Part shown: positions 60,563-64,000 of the stretch, in pieces | Layout of the letters: every line of letters begins with the position of its first letter | Numbering within the stretch: position 1 is the first letter of the stretch | NCBI GenBank assembly: GCA_035536935.1 | Contig: DATLNC010000183.1 | Span: 188-64,187, forward strand | DNA from: Thermoanaerobaculia bacterium | GTDB lineage: Bacteria; Acidobacteriota; Thermoanaerobaculia; Multivoradales; UBA5704 | DNA length: 64,000 nucleotides | Direction of reading: 5' to 3' | Notes under the pieces: generated by a model | Told to the model about the DNA's origin: nothing | Databases searched by the model: none | The model's input: only the letters and a program-made list of their open reading frames with translations | Position numbers and translations under genes: made by a program

Positions 60563-61366
60563 ATGACCACGAAGAAGGACGGCGAAGGCCAGGGCAGCTA
60601 CGTCTTCCGTGTCCGCGAGGACACCCGGCGCTACGTCCAGGACCTGCTCAACGAGAACGACCGGCTGCGCCGGCTGGTGGCGGGGCTGGAGAGCGACAAG
60701 GGCCGTCTCCTGGGCGAGAAGATGTCGCTCCAGGAGAAGGTCCTGGCCCTGCGCGAGGAGCTCGACCGGGTCTCCCACGAGCAGGCCGACCTTCGCCGCC
60801 AGCTCGCCGACGTGGAGGCCTCCAACCAGAAGTACTCGCACCAGTACATCGAGGTGGAGAGCCAGAACAACAACCTGGCGAACCTCTACGTCGCGAGCTA
60901 CCAGCTCCACAGCACGCTCGACCGGGCCGAGGTGGTCTCCGCGATCAAGGAGATCGTCATCAACCTGATCGGCTCCGAGGAGCTGGCGATCTACGAGATG
61001 AGCCCGGACGGCACGGCGCTGCGGCTGGCAGGCTGGTTCGGCATCGACCCGGCCATCTACGGCACCGTGACGGTCGGCTCGGGGATCATCGGGAAGACGG
61101 TCGCGACCGGCGAGATCTGGCTCCCCGGCAAGGGCATGGACCTCCAGCCCGCGCCGCGGGAGTCGAACCTCTCGGTCTGCATCCCGCTGAAGCTGGAGGA
61201 AAGGGTGATCGGAGCGCTCGCCGTCTTCCGCCTGCTCCCCCAGAAGACCGCCTTCGAGGCGATCGACTACGAGCTCTTCAACCTGCTGGCCACCCACGCC
61301 GCCACGGCCCTGTATCTTTCCCGGCTCCACGCCGAGAGCCAGGCAGCAGTGAAGTCAGTTCCCTGA
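60563..61366 (+). CDS. Coiled-coil plus GAF-domain protein
   Basis: GGAGG RBS. Coiled coil of about 100 aa, then a GAF-like region LDRAEVVSAIKEIVINLIG...GIIGKTVATGE...VIGALAVFRL. Confidence 0.8.
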   Translation: MTTKKDGEGQGSYVFRVREDTRRYVQDLLNENDRLRRLVAGLESDKGRLLGEKMSLQEKVLALREELDRVSHEQADLRRQLADVEASNQKYSHQYIEVESQNNNLANLYVASYQLHSTLDRAEVVSAIKEIVINLIGSEELAIYEMSPDGTALRLAGWFGIDPAIYGTVTVGSGIIGKTVATGEIWLPGKGMDLQPAPRESNLSVCIPLKLEERVIGALAVFRLLPQKTAFEAIDYELFNLLATHAATALYLSRLHAESQAAVKSVP

Positions 61367-61560
61367 CGTCTGACATGACTTCCGGGGGCTCGGATCTCAG
61401 TTCCGGGCCGCCGGAAGTGAGTTCCGGGGGGCGGGAAGTGACTTCCGGACAGGGGGAAGTCATTTCCGGACGTTGGGAAGTGAGTTCCGGGCCTTGAGAA
61501 GTGAGTTCCGGACGGTGGGAAGTGAGCTCAGATCGCTCGGAAGTGACTTCCGAGCCGTAC
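61351..61560. repeat. Family-A phased palindrome array, copy 3 (10 units, exact 21-nt phase)
   Basis: Units start at 61351, 61372, 61393, 61414, 61435, 61456, 61477, 61498, 61519 and 61540. Confidence 0.95.
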
Positions 61561-61561
61561 C

Positions 61562-62257
61562 TCAGTGGCAATACCGGGTCAGATCCTTGCGGTTGAGCAC
61601 CCGGATCCGGTGGTCCGGCTGCACGGCGATGAGTCCGCGCTGCTTCAATTCCACGACAACCTGGTTCACCCGCTCGCGGGAGGCTCCCACGATCTCGCCG
61701 AGGTCGCTCTGGGTGAGGCGCAGCGGGATCGTCACCTGGCCTCCCGCCTCGCGGCTGCCGTAACGGTCGGCCAGGGCGAGGATCTGGCGGGCGACCCGGC
61801 CGGCCACGTCCAGCGTGCAGAGCGCCTGGATCTGCTCGTTCGCGAAGCGCAGGCGGATCGAGAGCAGCCGCACCAGGTTGTTGGCGAGCGGCGTCATGTT
61901 GCGCAGGCAGCTCTGGAAGGTGCTGCGGTCCATCCAGAGAAGCCGGGACTTCTCCGTGGTCACCACGTTGGCGGAGCGGCCCGAGCTGTCGATCAGGCTC
62001 ATCTCGCCCACCGTGTCCCCGCGGCCGAGGAAGGCGAGGATGACCTCGCGGCCGTCCTCGTGGCTGACGTAGATCTTCACCGTCCCCTCGAGGATGACGT
62101 AGACCACCTCCCCGGGCTGCTCGACCGTGATGAAGTTCGTGCCGGCCGGGACGGAAGAGGAGCGCAGGAGCCCGTTCAGGTGGGCGAGGTCCTCGGCGGA
62201 CAACCCCTGGAAGAGCTCCAGCTCCCCCAGGGCACGGGGATCTTCGATGGCGGGCAT
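61562..62257 (-). CDS. Crp/Fnr-family transcriptional regulator
   Basis: cNMP-binding LFQGLSAEDLAHL...GDTVGEMSLID. C-terminal HTH TQSDLGEIVGASRERVNQVVVELKQRG. Start at ATG 62255-62257. Confidence 0.9.
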   Translation of the reverse strand: MPAIEDPRALGELELFQGLSAEDLAHLNGLLRSSSVPAGTNFITVEQPGEVVYVILEGTVKIYVSHEDGREVILAFLGRGDTVGEMSLIDSSGRSANVVTTEKSRLLWMDRSTFQSCLRNMTPLANNLVRLLSIRLRFANEQIQALCTLDVAGRVARQILALADRYGSREAGGQVTIPLRLTQSDLGEIVGASRERVNQVVVELKQRGLIAVQPDHRIRVLNRKDLTRYCH

Positions 62258-62268
62258 TGCGGGGGATT

Positions 62269-63414
62269 CTAACGCCCCAGGAGCCCGGCCAGTACCTCCA
62301 CCCCGCGCCCGACCACGTCCGGAGGCGCGGCCGTGAAGCAGACCCGGAGGTGGGTCGGATAGGGTCCGAAGCTCTGGCCGGGCGCCGCGAACAGCCCGCG
62401 CTCCACGCAGTCCTCCAGCATCCCCGGCAGCCCGCGCCCGTCCAGATGGTCCGCCACGTCCATGAACAGGAAGGTGCTCCCCTGCGGCGGCTCCAGGCCC
62501 AGGCGCGCGGCCGCCCGGTCTCCGGTCTCCTTGTACAGCCGGCGGGCGTTCTCGATCCATCTGTCTCCGAGCTCGCTCATGGCCCGCAGGGCCGCGATCT
62601 GGGAGGCAGTCGGCGTGCTATAGAAGCTGTGCAAGCCGATCTTCCGCAGCTCGTCGACCGCCTTGGCCGGACCCACGATGTAGCCGCAACGGTTGCCGGC
62701 CATGCCGTAGGCCTTGGAAAAAGAGTGGGTGGAGAAGGTGCGCTCCGGCGCCAGCGGGCGGGTGTAGGTGTGCTCCCCCTCGAAGACGTAGTCCTCGTAG
62801 ACTTCGTCGGCGATGAGCCAGAGGTCCTCGCTCTGGGCCCAGGCCACCAGGGCCTCGATCCAGGAGCGCGGGATGGTCCGGCCCGCGGGGTTGTTCGGCG
62901 TGCTCAGATAGAGGGCCACAGTGCGGGCGGTCTTCTTGGCCCTCACCGCCTCGACCGCCGTCTCCGGGGAATCGACCGCGCCGAGGAAGGGGACGTCGAC
63001 CGGCACCCCGTGGAAGGAGCGGACGATGCCGGTGATCAGCGGCCAGTGGGGGGCAAGGATGAGGACCTCGTCTCCTGGGGCCACGATCGCGCCGGCCACG
63101 GCGCCGAGGCCGCCGGTGGCCCCGGCCGCGACCAGCACGTTTTCCCGGCTGGTGGGGACGCCGGTGCGCTCGCGCGCCCGCCCGGCGATGGCGTCGAGGA
63201 GGGCGGGCATGCCCTGGGGCGCGGCGTAGCGGTGCATCCCGGGGTGGTCCGCGACCCGGATGTCCTCCATGCGGCAGCCCTCGGCGGGCTCCATCCAGGT
63301 GTCGCCGACGTGGAGCGGATAGACCTCGCCCTGGAAGGTGGCGAGGCGGTGGGCGAGCGCCGAGTAGACGTTGCCGGCGATGTCCTGGACCGACGGCGAG
63401 AAGCGTGGCGGCAT
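62269..63414 (-). CDS. Class I/II PLP-dependent aminotransferase
   Basis: NPAGRT, SFSKAYGMAGNRCGY (PLP lysine), full-length fold-type I pattern. Confidence 0.88.
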   Translation of the reverse strand: MPPRFSPSVQDIAGNVYSALAHRLATFQGEVYPLHVGDTWMEPAEGCRMEDIRVADHPGMHRYAAPQGMPALLDAIAGRARERTGVPTSRENVLVAAGATGGLGAVAGAIVAPGDEVLILAPHWPLITGIVRSFHGVPVDVPFLGAVDSPETAVEAVRAKKTARTVALYLSTPNNPAGRTIPRSWIEALVAWAQSEDLWLIADEVYEDYVFEGEHTYTRPLAPERTFSTHSFSKAYGMAGNRCGYIVGPAKAVDELRKIGLHSFYSTPTASQIAALRAMSELGDRWIENARRLYKETGDRAAARLGLEPPQGSTFLFMDVADHLDGRGLPGMLEDCVERGLFAAPGQSFGPYPTHLRVCFTAAPPDVVGRGVEVLAGLLGR

Positions 63415-63432
63415 CAGATCACCAAGACGCTT

Positions 63433-64000
63433 TTACCAGGAAATGATCAGCCCGACCGAAGCCTCGCCCTGGAACAGGCCCTCGTCGGACCTGAACCGGT
63501 CGTTGCGGTCGTCGAAGCCCGTTTCCAGGTCCACCCAATAGCCCCGGCCCTCGAAGCGCAGGCCGACGTTTTCGGCGAAAAAGACCTTGATACCGCCGCC
63601 GAAGTTGCCCGAGAAGCGGCTCTCGGCTTCCACATCCGGGCGGTCGGGCTCGATGCGCGCGATGCCGAGGCCGCCGGAGAAGAAGCCCTGGACCTGGCCC
63701 GGCCCCCACTGATAGAGGATGCCGGCGTTGACGATGTCGACCGTCACGTCCCCGAGGCTCTGCTCCGGGGTGAAGAGGCCCGCGTCGACGATGAACTCGC
63801 TGTTCTGGCGGTTGGCGATGAACTCGACCTGCCAGTTGGGGTTGAGCGGCACGTCGAAGATGACGCCGAACGAGGCGCCTTCGTCCACCCGGACGTCCCG
63901 CTCGTCGAGGAAGTCGCCGTCGACGTTGAACTCGCCGTCGAAGCGCCAGCCCGCGTAGGGCGTCAGCTCGAAGCGGTGGGTCTGGGCGAGGGCGGCGGCG
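63433..64000 (-). CDS. Outer-membrane beta-barrel protein, 5' end outside the window
   Basis: The frame is open to the window edge (..AAALAQTHRFELTPYAGWRFDG..). Alternating beta-strand pattern, C-terminal ...GLIISW. Confidence 0.7.
   Translation of the reverse strand, partial: AAALAQTHRFELTPYAGWRFDGEFNVDGDFLDERDVRVDEGASFGVIFDVPLNPNWQVEFIANRQNSEFIVDAGLFTPEQSLGDVTVDIVNAGILYQWGPGQVQGFFSGGLGIARIEPDRPDVEAESRFSGNFGGGIKVFFAENVGLRFEGRGYWVDLETGFDDRNDRFRSDEGLFQGEASVGLIISW

Overview
This is visibly GC-rich chromosomal DNA (third codon positions almost all G/C) from a diderm bacterium, as shown by BamD, CpoB/YbgF, OmpA-like, TatA, FtsEX and RseP. The gene content (Pkn-type Ser/Thr kinase, DUF4388, TldD/PmbA, Fis-type HTH) is reminiscent of Acidobacteriota or Myxococcota, but lineage cannot be proven from this window. 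I call about 60 protein genes, mostly housekeeping: glyA, folC, accD, pccB-like, gatB, ftsEX, rlmN, ruvC, yebC, rpe, bamD, cpoB, nfo, rseP, cdsA, uppS, truA, pcrA. Many are chained by 4-nt NTGA stop/start overlaps. I see no rRNA, tRNA, CRISPR array, transposase or integrase. Many very long ORFs in the track are antisense shadows of real genes, an artefact of high GC. The unusual content is mainly non-coding. (1) A roughly 220-bp element made of 10-11 strictly 21-nt-phased palindromic units occurs three times, at 5701-5925, 28397-28621 and 61351-61560. (2) A different 20-nt-phased double-palindrome array lies at 47801-48170. (3) A hairpin array lies at 13651-13826. (4) A mirror-image 9-mer iteron block sits in the tldD/pccB divergent promoter at 10319-10418. 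(5) At least 8 copies of a REP-like hairpin each carry a canonical G-quadruplex motif, and two of them are inserted in frame in an anti-sigma gene. Coding oddities are a GrdB-like gene with an in-frame TGA (U-x-x-C) plus a downstream hairpin, which makes it a selenoprotein candidate. Two genes have conserved N-termini that can only be reached from CTG starts. There is also a ClpX-like AAA+ ATPase lacking the zinc finger, pore-loop aromatic residue and IGF loop next to a secreted HExxH peptidase, a cysteine-free peroxiredoxin-like protein, and a Ser/Thr kinase with an Asp-less receiver-like domain.
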